Shown here piece by piece: positions 47,255-58,062 of a stretch of 64,000 nucleotides of DNA. This stretch comes from Minisyncoccota bacterium. GTDB lineage: Bacteria > Patescibacteriota > Minisyncoccia > Phycocordibacterales > DATDWN01. Position numbers and translations under genes: made by a program. Below the pieces are notes generated by a model that ran no database searches, had not been told where the DNA came from, and saw nothing but the letters and a program-made list of their open reading frames with translations. The stretch covers positions 11,262 to 75,261 of the forward strand of contig DATDWN010000016.1 in assembly GCA_036517395.1 (NCBI GenBank), written 5' to 3'. Numbering within the stretch: the first letter of the stretch is position 1; every line of letters starts with the position of its first letter.

Positions 47255-48350
47255 TAAAGTTGTCTCTATCAGTGATTATCTCAATAAGCTAAATAGTACT
47301 CTGAGAGGGGAGAAAGCTAAAATCGTCGGTGAAGTTTCTGAGCTGAAAATGTATGAGGGCAAGAGCTATTTGTTTTTCTCTCTTCGTGATAAAAAAGATC
47401 AGAGTGTCATAAACTGTATAATGTGGAAGAGAGATTTTGTTATTTCTGGTGTGGAATTGCGAGACGGTTTGGAAGTTATCATCAGCGCCTATCCTGAGGT
47501 GTACAAACCGAGCGGTCGCATGACTTTCAAGGTGGAGGCAGTTGAGCTTGTGGGCGAAGGAGCTCTGCAGATCGCATATGAGAAACTAAAAAAGAAACTG
47601 GAAATAGAGGGACTTTTTGCTGAGGAGAGAAAAAGATTACTGCCACAATACCCGCATAAGATAGGAGTGATAACATCGAAAAGCGGAGCGGTCATAAACG
47701 ATTTTCTCTCAAACATAGGCAAATTTGGCTACGAGATTTTATTTGTGGATTCTCGTGTAGAAGGCGTTGAGGCAATAAAAGATTTGTTGTCGGCGGTTGA
47801 AACTCTGAAAAAAAGTGATATAGATGTTCTGGTTATAATGCGGGGAGGCGGCTCTCTGGAATCTTTTCTTTCTTTCAACAACGAGACTCTAGTGCGGGCC
47901 GTGGCGGATTTCCCCGTACCAGTTTTAACAGGCATTGGCCATGACAAAGACATACCGCTAGTCTCTCTGGTTTCAGATAAAAATGTTTCTACGCCCACGG
48001 CCGTAGCCAATCTTTTGAACTCTAGCTGGATTGAAGCCGTGGTTGAGGTCAGGATCTCAGAAGAAAAGATCATGAGACATTTTAGTGCGCTATTGGATGT
48101 GTTCCATCGCGCCGAAGAGACCATGCTCCGGGCGATGGACAGAATAGAGTCAGGAATAAAAGGAGTTTCTGATCTTTTAAAACATTCAGAAAGAGTTATC
48201 CTCTTAGGCAGTCCAGAGCGGATTATCTCCAGTGGTTATAGTATTGTGCGTCTGGGTGGAAAAATATTGAGGAGCATAAAAAAAGTGAGAGAGGGGGACA
48301 ATCTTGATATTCTGGTTTCAGACGGTATAATCAAATCACAAGTAACATGA
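47247..48350 (+). CDS. xseA: Exodeoxyribonuclease VII large subunit
   Basis: GEVS, RGGGS.E, GIGH..D, TPTA. Confidence 0.95.
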   Translation: MTNKVVSISDYLNKLNSTLRGEKAKIVGEVSELKMYEGKSYLFFSLRDKKDQSVINCIMWKRDFVISGVELRDGLEVIISAYPEVYKPSGRMTFKVEAVELVGEGALQIAYEKLKKKLEIEGLFAEERKRLLPQYPHKIGVITSKSGAVINDFLSNIGKFGYEILFVDSRVEGVEAIKDLLSAVETLKKSDIDVLVIMRGGGSLESFLSFNNETLVRAVADFPVPVLTGIGHDKDIPLVSLVSDKNVSTPTAVANLLNSSWIEAVVEVRISEEKIMRHFSALLDVFHRAEETMLRAMDRIESGIKGVSDLLKHSERVILLGSPERIISSGYSIVRLGGKILRSIKKVREGDNLDILVSDGIIKSQVT

Positions 48351-48628
48351 CTAAATCAAAGCCATCTCAAACAAACCCGCACACTAAAATTGGCATCGTC
48401 GGGATTACCGACAGTACAAAACATAATGCCAATATTAGTGTGCGGGTAAACATAAACGACACTTTAAAGAAACTAGCTAAAATAGTGGACTGGTTTGAAT
48501 CCCAAAACGAACTGGATGTGGAAAAAGGTTTGGAATATGTAAAAGAAGGAGCCACTCTCATAAAAGCCTCACGCCAAAGACTTTCCGAAATAGAAAACGA
48601 ATTCAAGGAGATAAAGAAAACGATTTAG
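48347..48628 (+). CDS. xseB: Exodeoxyribonuclease VII small subunit with an in-frame repeat insertion
   Basis: L..IV..FE....DVEKGL....EG; residues ~10-34 derive from a TCCGCACACTAA-family element (48375-48447). Confidence 0.85.
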   Translation: MTKSKPSQTNPHTKIGIVGITDSTKHNANISVRVNINDTLKKLAKIVDWFESQNELDVEKGLEYVKEGATLIKASRQRLSEIENEFKEIKKTI

Positions 48629-48634
48629 CCTTTT

Positions 48635-49426
48635 TTAGTCGTACTTGATTATTCTGCCGTCTCCTGGTTCTATTACGATGCCGTGTTTTTCTAGGTCGTT
48701 ATGTGAGTATGAAAACCCGATTCCGTTTCGCACAGGCGTGTTGCGGATTATTTTTAAAATTTCATCTTCATCATCTATTATTGTGTAAAGGGTTAAGTCT
48801 TCGGCGTCTATCATTCCACGGCTGAGCATCTCTTTTCTCATTAGTTCGTCTAGATGCTTCCAAAATTCCTTACCCACCAGTATGATTGGCACTTTTTCTA
48901 TTTTACCGGTTTGGACTAGTGTGATAATCTCAAAAAATTCGTCAAATGTTCCAAAACCTCCTGGAAAAAATATATATGATTCGGCCGAGAAACCCAGACA
49001 GACTTTCCGGCTAAAAAAATAGTGAAAGTTCAAGTATCGGTTTATATATGGATTTTGGACTTGATGATGGGGCAGTTCAACATTGAGACCGACAGATTCT
49101 CCACCAGCCTCGAAGGCTCCACGATTTGCCGCTTCCATAATTCCCGGACCTCCACCTGTAAATATGGCATATTTTAGTTCTGTTGCTATTCGGTGCCCAA
49201 GGTTGCGGGCTTTTATATAGTAGGGATTATCTTCTTTTATTAAGTTTCCGCCAAAAATAGTAACCGATTTTGGATAATTTCGTAAAAAATTAAAACCATC
49301 CGTGAACTCTTTAGATATGAGGTGTACTCTCTCCACGGCCGTGTCGTGAATCTCCTGTTTTGTAAGAGGTTGTATTCCAAGGTCTTTTGTCGGTAGATTT
49401 ATTTTTGGTTTTTCTGATTCTAGCAT
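48635..49426 (-). CDS. LOG family (TIGR00730-like) protein
   Basis: TGGGPGIMEAAN, PGGFGT.DE. Confidence 0.92.
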   Translation of the reverse strand: MLESEKPKINLPTKDLGIQPLTKQEIHDTAVERVHLISKEFTDGFNFLRNYPKSVTIFGGNLIKEDNPYYIKARNLGHRIATELKYAIFTGGGPGIMEAANRGAFEAGGESVGLNVELPHHQVQNPYINRYLNFHYFFSRKVCLGFSAESYIFFPGGFGTFDEFFEIITLVQTGKIEKVPIILVGKEFWKHLDELMRKEMLSRGMIDAEDLTLYTIIDDEDEILKIIRNTPVRNGIGFSYSHNDLEKHGIVIEPGDGRIIKYD

Positions 49427-49430
49427 AATT

Positions 49431-49570
49431 TATCCGCACACTAACTTCTGTCTCGTTACCTGTGCAATGTATTAAAAGTTTATATAATTCTATTCCGCTA
49501 ATAATTATTATACCATGACAAATCTATAACAGGTAACAAAATGCACAAGATAGAAGTTAGTGTGCGGACA
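49431..49570. repeat. TCCGCACACTAA MITE-like element
   Basis: TCCGCACACTAACTTCTGTCT / AGATAGAAGTTAGTGTGCGGA. Confidence 0.85.
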
Positions 49571-49603
49571 GGTTATACTTTTTTGACCGAGTGTTTGCAA
49601 TTT

Positions 49604-50353
49604 TTACAACCCAACACTTTTCAAAAATACATTCAACTCCTCTCCAACTATTTCTCGGTAAGTGTTTTGAGCGATTTTTCCCAGTTCTATATTTTGAACA
49701 CGAACTCTTCGAAGATCTCGAACAGTGTACCCAAGCTTCTCGGTCATTCTTCTCAACTGGCGATTCTTGCCTTCAGTTAGCACAATGCTGAAAAAATTTT
49801 CCGACAGCTTTTTCACTATTGCCGGTTTAGTCACCCCATCTCCAATGTTCACCCCATCTTGCATGTGTTTCAGAAATGCCGGTGTAAATTTTCTATCAAC
49901 TTCTACAATATATTCTTTCTCATGATCATGCGCGGGGTTGAGAAGTCGGTCGGTTATCCTACCGTCGTTTGTCATAATCAATAGCCCGTAAGACTCCTTG
50001 TCCAGTCTCCCAACAGGGAACACCCCTGCGGGGAACTTTGCGCTCTGCATTATTCCTTTCTCTTTTTCTTGAGGGTTTGTACTGACTACCCCTCTCGGTT
50101 TGTTGTAGGCCAGATAAATGAGCTTCTTTTTTGTATGCACTCCTCTGATTTCCACATTGTCGCTTTCCATAACTTTATCACCGAGGATTGCCACTCGTCC
50201 GTTTATTAGAACCTTCTTACTTTTTATAAGCTCATCCACTCCCGTGCGAGTGGCTACGCCTTTGTGGGCGAGGTATTTATTTATCCGCACACCAACTCTG
50301 GCATCGCTTTTTGTGTTCTGGCTTAGTTTTGTAGCGTATTTTTTATTTTTCAT
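49604..50353 (-). CDS. rRNA pseudouridine synthase (RluB/RluF/RsuA family)
   Basis: S4 domain RINKYLA, NKPRG, GRLD, HEKEY, EGKNRQLRRM. Confidence 0.93.
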   Translation of the reverse strand: MKNKKYATKLSQNTKSDARVGVRINKYLAHKGVATRTGVDELIKSKKVLINGRVAILGDKVMESDNVEIRGVHTKKKLIYLAYNKPRGVVSTNPQEKEKGIMQSAKFPAGVFPVGRLDKESYGLLIMTNDGRITDRLLNPAHDHEKEYIVEVDRKFTPAFLKHMQDGVNIGDGVTKPAIVKKLSENFFSIVLTEGKNRQLRRMTEKLGYTVRDLRRVRVQNIELGKIAQNTYREIVGEELNVFLKSVGL

Positions 50354-50575
50354 AAATTGATTTCAAGGGATAATTTTAGTTAAAAAGCAGAACAATGCTA
50401 GAGTTGGTGTGCGGGTTTATCCTCATGGGATATGCATCCATATTTACCCACACACTAAATCTGCCATTGTTTTGTCCTGGTTCTGTCTATAATCTGCTAT
50501 TATACATTATAGTAGATTTGTAAGTGTTGTATAATATTATAAAAAAAGGACGATGGCAGAATTAGTGTGTGGGTT
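50281..50575. repeat. Two tandem TCCGCACAC(C/T)AA MITE-like elements (50281-50416, 50446-50575)
   Basis: Each has terminal inverted repeats; the first overlaps the pseudouridine synthase 5' end. Confidence 0.8.
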
Positions 50576-50608
50576 TACAATATATATTACCCATAATATA
50601 ATACAAGG

Positions 50609-51067
50609 ATGAAAACACTAAAAAAAGAAGAGTGGGTGGCGGTTATTATCGCTGTTTTTGTCGTCGGTTTTGTATTTATATTTGGTCAGGGTTTAATGTC
50701 GATATTTAATAATAAAAAATTAGGAACTAGCATGACCCAAGCACCAAAAGTTTTGATACAAGATGAGGTATTTGGCACAGGGGAAATGGCGGCAGTGGGT
50801 GATCGTGTCATTGTGAACTATGTTGGACATTTTGTTGATGGTAGAGTTTTCGATAGCTCCCTCGCTCGTAACGAGCCATTCCAGTTTGTTCTGGGTGTAG
50901 GTCAGGTCATAAAGGGATGGGATGAGGGTATAGTCGGTATGCGAGTTGGTGGAAAGAGGCTTCTCCAAATACCTTCGAGCCTTGGTTATGGGGTTAATGA
51001 TTACGGTCCGATTCCGGGCGGCTCGACATTGATTTTTGAAGTGGAGCTTTTGAAAGTGGAGAAGTAA
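50609..51067 (+). CDS. FKBP-type peptidyl-prolyl isomerase, membrane anchored
   Basis: V.Y.G...DG..FDSS, VIKGWDEG, LIFEVEL. Confidence 0.95.
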   Translation: MKTLKKEEWVAVIIAVFVVGFVFIFGQGLMSIFNNKKLGTSMTQAPKVLIQDEVFGTGEMAAVGDRVIVNYVGHFVDGRVFDSSLARNEPFQFVLGVGQVIKGWDEGIVGMRVGGKRLLQIPSSLGYGVNDYGPIPGGSTLIFEVELLKVEK

Positions 51068-51134
51068 ACTCTACCTGACTCTTTAAACAAAAAAGTCTTA
51101 AAATAAGGGCTTTTTTGTTGTCCACAAAATCTGC

Positions 51135-51163
51135 TTGACAGCATAGACATAGTATGCTAAGCT
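51135..51163 (+). promoter_or_regulatory. Sigma70-type promoter
   Basis: TTGACA-17bp-TAAGCT with extended -10 TG. Confidence 0.65.
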
Positions 51164-51169
51164 ATACAT

Positions 51170-51575
51170 CAGGAAGGGTGCCTGATCAATAGAGCATCCG
51201 AGGGGACAACGTTGCAGGGGCGAAAAAAAAGAAAGGTCCATTTTTTCAGCGTCAGTCCCGAGGAGGCCAGATTGGCTTGATGTTTCTAGGGCATCAAACG
51301 GGTGAGAAGAGCTAGACTTCTGCCCGGAGCCAGTCTGATGGTTGTGTGGCCGCCTCAATGTTTCACACTCGGCGGGGGGTTATCCCGCTTAAATACATCC
51401 AGGCAGTTACGTTCATGTTGCCTAAGTGCCATGTATGTAACACCCGTCAGAGCGGAAGCGTTTATTGCTTTCGCCGAGGACAACCTGTTTAGTTAGAGGG
51501 GTAGAGGGCCGACGAAAAACTAGCCGCCGACTCTCTCACCCAATCACGCGCCGATCCCTCTGGGCTCGGCGTTTT
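51170..51575 (+). ncRNA. Unassigned ~400-nt highly structured RNA candidate
   Basis: Own promoter, many nested stems, 3' hairpin with U-tract, GC-rich, no credible ORF. Confidence 0.6.
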
Positions 51576-51622
51576 GCATTATAAAAATTTCTTTTTTTAT
51601 GCATAAATGCTAATCTGGTTTA

Positions 51623-52909
51623 GTGAAATCTTTTTCTTTTGATATACATTCTGAACTTCCAAATTCTCTCGGACGAGTTGGTACAATACACACTCCACAT
51701 GGTGACATACAAACACCGGCATTTGTCGCAGTTGGAACAAAAGGCACGGTAAAAAGTTTGACGCCGGAACAGGTCGCAGATACTGGCACACAAGTCATAA
51801 TCGCAAATACATATCATTTATATTTAGAGCCCGGAGACGAAAAGATAAAAAATATTGGAGGGTTGCACAAAGCGATGAACTGGTCTGATCCTCTTATGAC
51901 CGACTCTGGCGGCTTCCAAGTTTTTTCTCTAGGTGTCGCATATGGCAAAAAGATTAGCAAAGTTTCAAAAAAAGATGAACTAATACTATCCAAGCCTCTC
52001 CCTATGTCCGACATAGGGAGATTTGCGGAAACAAGACTTCAACAAGATGAGGCAGTACCAAAGATTGCTCGAATTGATTCCAATGGGGTAATGTTCCGCG
52101 ATCATATATCGGGCAGCGCTCACTATTTTACTCCGGAAAAATCGATAGAGATTCAGCACAATCTCGGCGCAGATATTATTTTTGCCTTTGACGAATGCAC
52201 CTCACCTCATGAGTCGCTTCATTATCAGAAAGAAGCGCTTGAGAGAACTCACCGCTGGGCTCGACGTTCTCTTGAACATCATTCCGACATTCTCAAGAAT
52301 GTCGGAATGAATGGCCCTGCGATTTTTGGCATTGTGCAGGGCGGGCGAGATGAAACCTTGCGTAAAGAAAGTGCAAAATATATGGCAGATTTAAGGGCCG
52401 GAGGTCCTGAACGAAGCGAAGGATTCGACGGTTTCGGAATAGGCGGATCATTTGAAAAAGAAGATATGAGCAAGGCAGTAGAATGGTGCAATCAGATTTT
52501 GCCAAGAGAGAAGCCAAGGCATCTGCTTGGTATCGGCGAGCCAACCGATTTATTTATGGCGGTTGAGTTCGGGTGTGATTTGTTTGACTGTGTTTCACCC
52601 ACTCGTATCGCTCGAAACGGCGGAGTTTATACAAAAGAAGGAAGAGTCAATTTACTGAATCAAGAATTTCGAGAAGATTCAAAACCTCTCGACCAAGGTT
52701 GTCTCTGCTACACATGCAAAAACTTTTCGTGCGCTTATGTTGCACATCTCTTTCATGCAAAAGAAATTTTGGCTTATACGCTGGCATCAATACACAACCT
52801 TTATTTTATAACTCACATGGTGGATGGTATGCGCGAGACTATGCAAAGCGGGGATTTTGAAAGCTACAAAAAAGATTTTTTAAGTAAATACTACAGGACT
52901 AATTTGTGA
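51623..52909 (+). CDS. tgt: Queuine tRNA-ribosyltransferase with palindromic insertions
   Basis: TP.F..VGT, NTYHL, TDSGGFQVFSL, GIVQGG, DLFDCV.PTR, CxCxxC. Confidence 0.96.
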   Translation: MKSFSFDIHSELPNSLGRVGTIHTPHGDIQTPAFVAVGTKGTVKSLTPEQVADTGTQVIIANTYHLYLEPGDEKIKNIGGLHKAMNWSDPLMTDSGGFQVFSLGVAYGKKISKVSKKDELILSKPLPMSDIGRFAETRLQQDEAVPKIARIDSNGVMFRDHISGSAHYFTPEKSIEIQHNLGADIIFAFDECTSPHESLHYQKEALERTHRWARRSLEHHSDILKNVGMNGPAIFGIVQGGRDETLRKESAKYMADLRAGGPERSEGFDGFGIGGSFEKEDMSKAVEWCNQILPREKPRHLLGIGEPTDLFMAVEFGCDLFDCVSPTRIARNGGVYTKEGRVNLLNQEFREDSKPLDQGCLCYTCKNFSCAYVAHLFHAKEILAYTLASIHNLYFITHMVDGMRETMQSGDFESYKKDFLSKYYRTNL

Positions 52910-52921
52910 TATATTAGGCGA

Positions 52922-55021
52922 ATGCAGTTTAAAATACACAGGGAGTTCGAGCCCGCGGGGGATCAGCCCAAAGCTATTGAAGCATTAGTTGATGGAGTAA
53001 AAAAAGGTCTGAAACATCAGACACTTTTTGGTGTGACTGGATCCGGTAAAACTTTCACGGTAGCAAACGTCATACAAGAAATCCAAAAACCAACTCTGGT
53101 CATCGCCCACAACAAAACTCTAGCCGCTCAGCTGGCTCAGGAATATCGCGAATTTTTCCCGAACAACGCCGTGCATTATTTTGTTTCTTATTACGACTAC
53201 TACCAACCCGAGGCCTACATGCCCGTCTCTGACACATATATAGAGAAGGAAGCAATGATAAATGAGGAGATTGAGAGACTTCGTCACGCTTCGACGCAGG
53301 CTCTTCTCACACGAAAGGATGTTATCATCGTCGCCTCAGTTTCTTGCATCTATGGCCTCGGTTCTCCCGTCGAATATGAAAAAGTAAATATGAAAATAGC
53401 CGTGGGACAGGAAATTTCTCGGGCGGAATTTATCAGAAGTTTAGTTGATGTCCATTTTGAGAGGACTAGCGCAGATCTTTCGTCGGGACAATTTCGAGCC
53501 ATAGGGAACATGTTAGAAATTATGCCGATTTCAGAAAAAAATATTTACCGTATTGAAATCGAGGCCGGCAACCACAGTACCAGAGCAAAGCTCGGTACGG
53601 GGCATAGAATAAAACAAATATTGGAAATTGACTCGATTACTCGAAGTATAGTAAGAGAAGTCAGCGCATTTTTTCTTTTTCCCGCCAAACATTTCATTTC
53701 CACGAAAGAGCAAAACGAAAGAGCCTTCAAATCTATCAAAGCGGAACTGACCGAGCGACTAAAAGAATTAGAAAAAGAAGGCAAGTTGCTCGAAGCGGAA
53801 AGGCTGAAGAGACGCACGACTTATGACTTGGCTCTTATCCGCGAGATGGGATATTGCAACGGCATAGAAAACTACTCTCGGCATTTTTCTGGGAAGATGG
53901 CGGGAGAAGCGCCTGACACTTTGCTTTCATATTTTCCCCACAAGGCCGACGGTTCGGCAGATTTTTTGACGATTATCGATGAGTCTCACGTTACGGTTCC
54001 GCAAATAGGTGCTATGTATGGAGGGGATTCATCTCGAAAACAGTCGCTTGTTGATTTCGGATTTCGATTACCAAGCGCAAAAGACAACAGGCCTTTGAAA
54101 TTTAAAGAGTTTGAAGAGAGGATGGGACAGTGTATATATACGAGCGCCACCCCGAATGATTATGAAAGAGAACACTCACAGCAGACCGTGGAGCAGGTTA
54201 TACGACCGACGGGTCTTATTGATCCAGTTGTTGAGGTTCGACCAATAGTATCCTCCCCGAGGTCTGACCTTGGGAAATTAGATGTTAAAGGTCAGACCTC
54301 TGGAATTCCGTATCCGGGTCAAATAAAAGATTTCATACAAGAATCCGAGAAAGCCATAAAAAAAGGTGGGAGGGTTATAGCCACAACTCTAACTAAAAAG
54401 ATGGCAGAAGATTTAAGCGAATATTTGAAAGAGGGGAATATTAAAGCGGAATATTTGCACAGTGATATAAAAACAATACAGCGCATTGAGATACTGACAG
54501 CTTTTCGTCGCGGTGAATTTGATATTTTAGTCGGAGTGAATTTGCTTCGAGAAGGTTTGGATTTGCCGGAGGTGACGCTTATTGGTATTTTGGAAGCGGA
54601 TAAAGAAGGATTTCTACGAAGCGAAACTTCTCTTATACAAATTATAGGTCGTGCGGCGCGAAATGTAGATGGAAAAGTCATTTTGTACGCCGATCACATG
54701 ACCGGTTCGATGGAGTATGCCATAAACGAGACAAACCGCAGACGCGCTCTGCAAGTGGACTACAACACAAAACACGGTATCACTCCGAAAACTATAATAA
54801 AAAAGATTCAGGACATAACCGACCAGATGAAGACAGAACATGCGAAAACTGTGAGCGATTTACTCGAAATTGATAAAAAACTATTTGAAAAAGATCCACA
54901 GAAATTGATAAAGCAAAAAGAAAAACAAATGGAGGGAGCTGTGAAAATCTTGGACTTTGAGACGGCCGCTATCTTGCGTGACGAGGTTTTGGAATTACAG
55001 AGGTTACTTGGAAAAAAATGA
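52922..55021 (+). CDS. uvrB: Excinuclease ABC subunit B
   Basis: GDQPKAI, GVTGSGKT, YYDYYQPEAY, DESH, GRAARN. Confidence 0.98.
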   Translation: MQFKIHREFEPAGDQPKAIEALVDGVKKGLKHQTLFGVTGSGKTFTVANVIQEIQKPTLVIAHNKTLAAQLAQEYREFFPNNAVHYFVSYYDYYQPEAYMPVSDTYIEKEAMINEEIERLRHASTQALLTRKDVIIVASVSCIYGLGSPVEYEKVNMKIAVGQEISRAEFIRSLVDVHFERTSADLSSGQFRAIGNMLEIMPISEKNIYRIEIEAGNHSTRAKLGTGHRIKQILEIDSITRSIVREVSAFFLFPAKHFISTKEQNERAFKSIKAELTERLKELEKEGKLLEAERLKRRTTYDLALIREMGYCNGIENYSRHFSGKMAGEAPDTLLSYFPHKADGSADFLTIIDESHVTVPQIGAMYGGDSSRKQSLVDFGFRLPSAKDNRPLKFKEFEERMGQCIYTSATPNDYEREHSQQTVEQVIRPTGLIDPVVEVRPIVSSPRSDLGKLDVKGQTSGIPYPGQIKDFIQESEKAIKKGGRVIATTLTKKMAEDLSEYLKEGNIKAEYLHSDIKTIQRIEILTAFRRGEFDILVGVNLLREGLDLPEVTLIGILEADKEGFLRSETSLIQIIGRAARNVDGKVILYADHMTGSMEYAINETNRRRALQVDYNTKHGITPKTIIKKIQDITDQMKTEHAKTVSDLLEIDKKLFEKDPQKLIKQKEKQMEGAVKILDFETAAILRDEVLELQRLLGKK

Positions 55022-55257
55022 TTTTATGATATTCTGTGTGAGGAGGGGTTATGATGCACATTCTCGCCTGGGCATTTGTGCCGGTGCTTGTGATTCTGGT
55101 TTTCGGGTCTGTGCTGAATCTCAGCACAACCAAGATCACCAAGCGCTGAATAGGTTTTGAGGCGGCGGGTCGACCAGACCCGCCGTTCGTCGTATTTGTG
55201 TGTTTGTGGTAAGATATTGTCCTCACCCAATAGGCAGTCGGGGAGTTTATTTGCATG

Positions 55258-55392
55258 TCCGCACACCAACTTTGGCATTGTCTCTTTGTTGCTAGGTTAG
55301 GAATTACATCAAATTTTAGATGTATATCTATATATGGATGTATGTATAAACTCTGAGACAGGGCAATGATGCCAAAGTTGGTGTGCGGATAA
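55258..55392. repeat. TCCGCACACCAA MITE-like element upstream of uvrA
   Basis: TCCGCACACCAACTTTGGCAT / ATGCCAAAGTTGGTGTGCGGA. Confidence 0.85.
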
Positions 55393-55394
55393 AT

Positions 55395-58013
55395 ATGAAA
55401 AATGAAGGTTTAATCATCGTTAAAGGGGCGCGGACCCATAACTTGAAAAATATCACAGTCGAAATGCCACGGAACAAAATGATGGTTTTTACCGGTTTGT
55501 CTGGCTCGGGCAAATCCTCTCTGGCTTTTGATACTATATTTGCCGAGGGACAGAGACGATACGTTGAGTCTTTGTCCTCATACGCTCGACAATTTTTGCG
55601 TCAGATGCAAAAGCCGGATGTGGACGAAATATCCGGCCTCTCCCCTGCCATTTCCATTGATCAGAAATCTCGTTCAAACAACCCACGATCGACCGTGGCC
55701 ACTATCACAGAAATTTACGACTACTTGCGTATTTTGTATTCACGCATCGGCCATCCGCATTGTTTGGTTTGTGGCGATGAAATCACAAAGCTCTCGAACG
55801 AAGAAATTAAGAATTTTGTCTTGGAGAAAATTTCTAATTATCTTACACCAACACGAAGTGTTGGCACAGAAAGGTATAAGGCGTCAGCTACGACAGAAAT
55901 ATACGCTCCGGTGGTTAAGGGTCGCAAGGGTGAATATTATCAAATGCTTTATGACTTGCTAGGCAAAGGCTACTCGCATGTCCTTATAGACGGTGAGAAA
56001 AAATCACTTCGAGAGAAAATTGAACTTTCGAAAACAAAAAGACATGTTATAGATGTGCTTGTGGATAGTATTTCTCTATTAGATTTTAGGATAGATAAAA
56101 AAAGCGCAGAAGAGAGGCTGTCGGAAGATTTGGAAAAGGCGCTTGGTGAGTCGGATGGTCAGGTCAAAGTGGTTTTCCGAGATATGGCCCTTGAAAAAAA
56201 CAAGGACTATAAGCCCGAAAAAGTTTTCATGTCCTCCAAGCTGTCGTGTCCCAAAGATGGCTACTCCTATCCTGAAGTCGAACCACGGCTTTTTTCTTTC
56301 AACTCTCCTTATGGTGCCTGTCAAGAATGTAATGGTTTGGGCACACGACATTTTTTCGGCAAGGAAGCTTGTCCCAAGTGTAAGGGCGCTCGTCTGCGCG
56401 AGGAAGCGCTTCACGTTTTGATTGGAAAGCGCAATATCGTCGAGCTGACTGCGATGTCCATAAAAGATGCTTATGATTTCGTAACAAATTTAAAACTGAC
56501 AGAACGAGAGAAAAATATTTCCAAAGTTGTTATGCGAGAAATCGAGTCACGACTTCTTTTTATGATTAATGTCGGTATTGAATATCTTTCTCTGGACAGG
56601 CGTGCTCACACTCTTTCTGGCGGAGAAGCTCAGAGAATTCGCCTAGCATCCCAACTTGGTTCCGGACTTGTTGGCGCTCTGTATGTTCTTGACGAGCCCA
56701 CTATCGGACTACACTCTCGCGATAACGATCGGCTAGTTAAAACACTTCTTAACCTGCGAGATCTAGGAAACACTATTATTGTGGTCGAGCACGATGAAGA
56801 CACTATTTTCGCCTCGGATTATATTGTTGATATCGGGCCTCGTGCCGGAGTTCACGGTGGCCATGTTGTTGTGGCGGATTATCTAGACAAACTAATCACG
56901 GCAAAAACTAATCCTTCTGGATCTCTGACGCTCGACTATTTGCGCGGAGATAAAGTTCTGGAAGTGCCAGAAGAGAGACGAACATATCCAAAAGGCGATC
57001 TACAAATCCGTGGTGGAAAGATTTTTAATATAAAAAATATGAACGTCGATATTCCGCTCGGCAGATTTATTGCCGTCACAGGCGTTTCTGGCTCGGGCAA
57101 GTCTTCTTTTGTTTACGAAATTCTGCACAAAAACCTCCAAGCGCGTTTTGAGAGAAAATATCGCTCGGCAGAAATTTTTAACTGCAAATCTTTCACTGGC
57201 ACAGAATATCTAGGCAGGGCGATTTTGATAGATCAATCCCCAATAGGTCGAACGCCTCGATCGAACCCAGCGACATACACAGGTTCGTGGACATTTATTC
57301 GGGATTTATTCGCCGAATCAGCCGAAGCTCGAGCTCGTGGTTGGAAAGCCAATAGATTTTCTTTCAATGTGAAGGGTGGTCGATGCGAAACATGTCAGGG
57401 TAACGGTATGATAGAAGTGGAGATGCATTTCTTGCCGACTGTTTATGTGCCGTGCGATGTCTGCAAAGGTAAAAGATTTATGAAAGAGACCTTGGAAGTG
57501 CATTATAAGAAAAAAAATATTTATGATGTGTTGAAAATGACCGTGGAGGAGGCGTTAAAGTTTTTTGAAGATATCCCGTCGATATACGATCGTCTGAAAT
57601 CAATGGATGATGTTGGTCTTGGCTATCTCGAGCTCGGGCAGAGCGCCACAACTCTTTCTGGTGGCGAAGCTCAGAGAGTGAAAATATCCTCAGAGCTTTA
57701 TCGTCCGCATTTACAAAAAACTATTTATCTTTTGGACGAGCCAACTATCGGTTTGCACTATGAAGATGTCAAAAAATTAATCGAGATTTTGCAAAAGCTT
57801 GTGAACAAAGGAAACACCGTTCTTGTCATCGAGCACAATATGGATATTATAAAGTCGTGTGACTATGTTTTGGACATAGGCCCAGAGGGTGGAGATGGTG
57901 GGGGGCAACTGGTGGCCAAAGGTACACCTGAGGAAGTAGCGGAGAATGAGAAGTCGTACACTGGTAAGTATTTAAAGAAAGCACTTAAACAATATAAGGC
58001 GTATAGGAAATAA
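55395..58013 (+). CDS. uvrA: Excinuclease ABC subunit A
   Basis: GARTHNLKN, two ABC cassettes ([16 protein letters not shown]), Zn fingers. Confidence 0.98.
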   Translation: MKNEGLIIVKGARTHNLKNITVEMPRNKMMVFTGLSGSGKSSLAFDTIFAEGQRRYVESLSSYARQFLRQMQKPDVDEISGLSPAISIDQKSRSNNPRSTVATITEIYDYLRILYSRIGHPHCLVCGDEITKLSNEEIKNFVLEKISNYLTPTRSVGTERYKASATTEIYAPVVKGRKGEYYQMLYDLLGKGYSHVLIDGEKKSLREKIELSKTKRHVIDVLVDSISLLDFRIDKKSAEERLSEDLEKALGESDGQVKVVFRDMALEKNKDYKPEKVFMSSKLSCPKDGYSYPEVEPRLFSFNSPYGACQECNGLGTRHFFGKEACPKCKGARLREEALHVLIGKRNIVELTAMSIKDAYDFVTNLKLTEREKNISKVVMREIESRLLFMINVGIEYLSLDRRAHTLSGGEAQRIRLASQLGSGLVGALYVLDEPTIGLHSRDNDRLVKTLLNLRDLGNTIIVVEHDEDTIFASDYIVDIGPRAGVHGGHVVVADYLDKLITAKTNPSGSLTLDYLRGDKVLEVPEERRTYPKGDLQIRGGKIFNIKNMNVDIPLGRFIAVTGVSGSGKSSFVYEILHKNLQARFERKYRSAEIFNCKSFTGTEYLGRAILIDQSPIGRTPRSNPATYTGSWTFIRDLFAESAEARARGWKANRFSFNVKGGRCETCQGNGMIEVEMHFLPTVYVPCDVCKGKRFMKETLEVHYKKKNIYDVLKMTVEEALKFFEDIPSIYDRLKSMDDVGLGYLELGQSATTLSGGEAQRVKISSELYRPHLQKTIYLLDEPTIGLHYEDVKKLIEILQKLVNKGNTVLVIEHNMDIIKSCDYVLDIGPEGGDGGGQLVAKGTPEEVAENEKSYTGKYLKKALKQYKAYRK

Positions 58014-58062
58014 ACAAAACGGCGCCGAGGTTGTCCTCGGCGCCTACCAGACTCATCCAGGC

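Noticed and set aside
55024-55256. Small ORFs between uvrB and uvrA
   Set aside because: No motif or consistent frame; cannot be called.
25301-55392. Integron attC sites (CTAAC...GTTAG ends in some repeats)
   Set aside because: The RYYYAAC/GTTRRRY consensus is not met in most copies, there is no integron integrase, and the neighbours are core genes.
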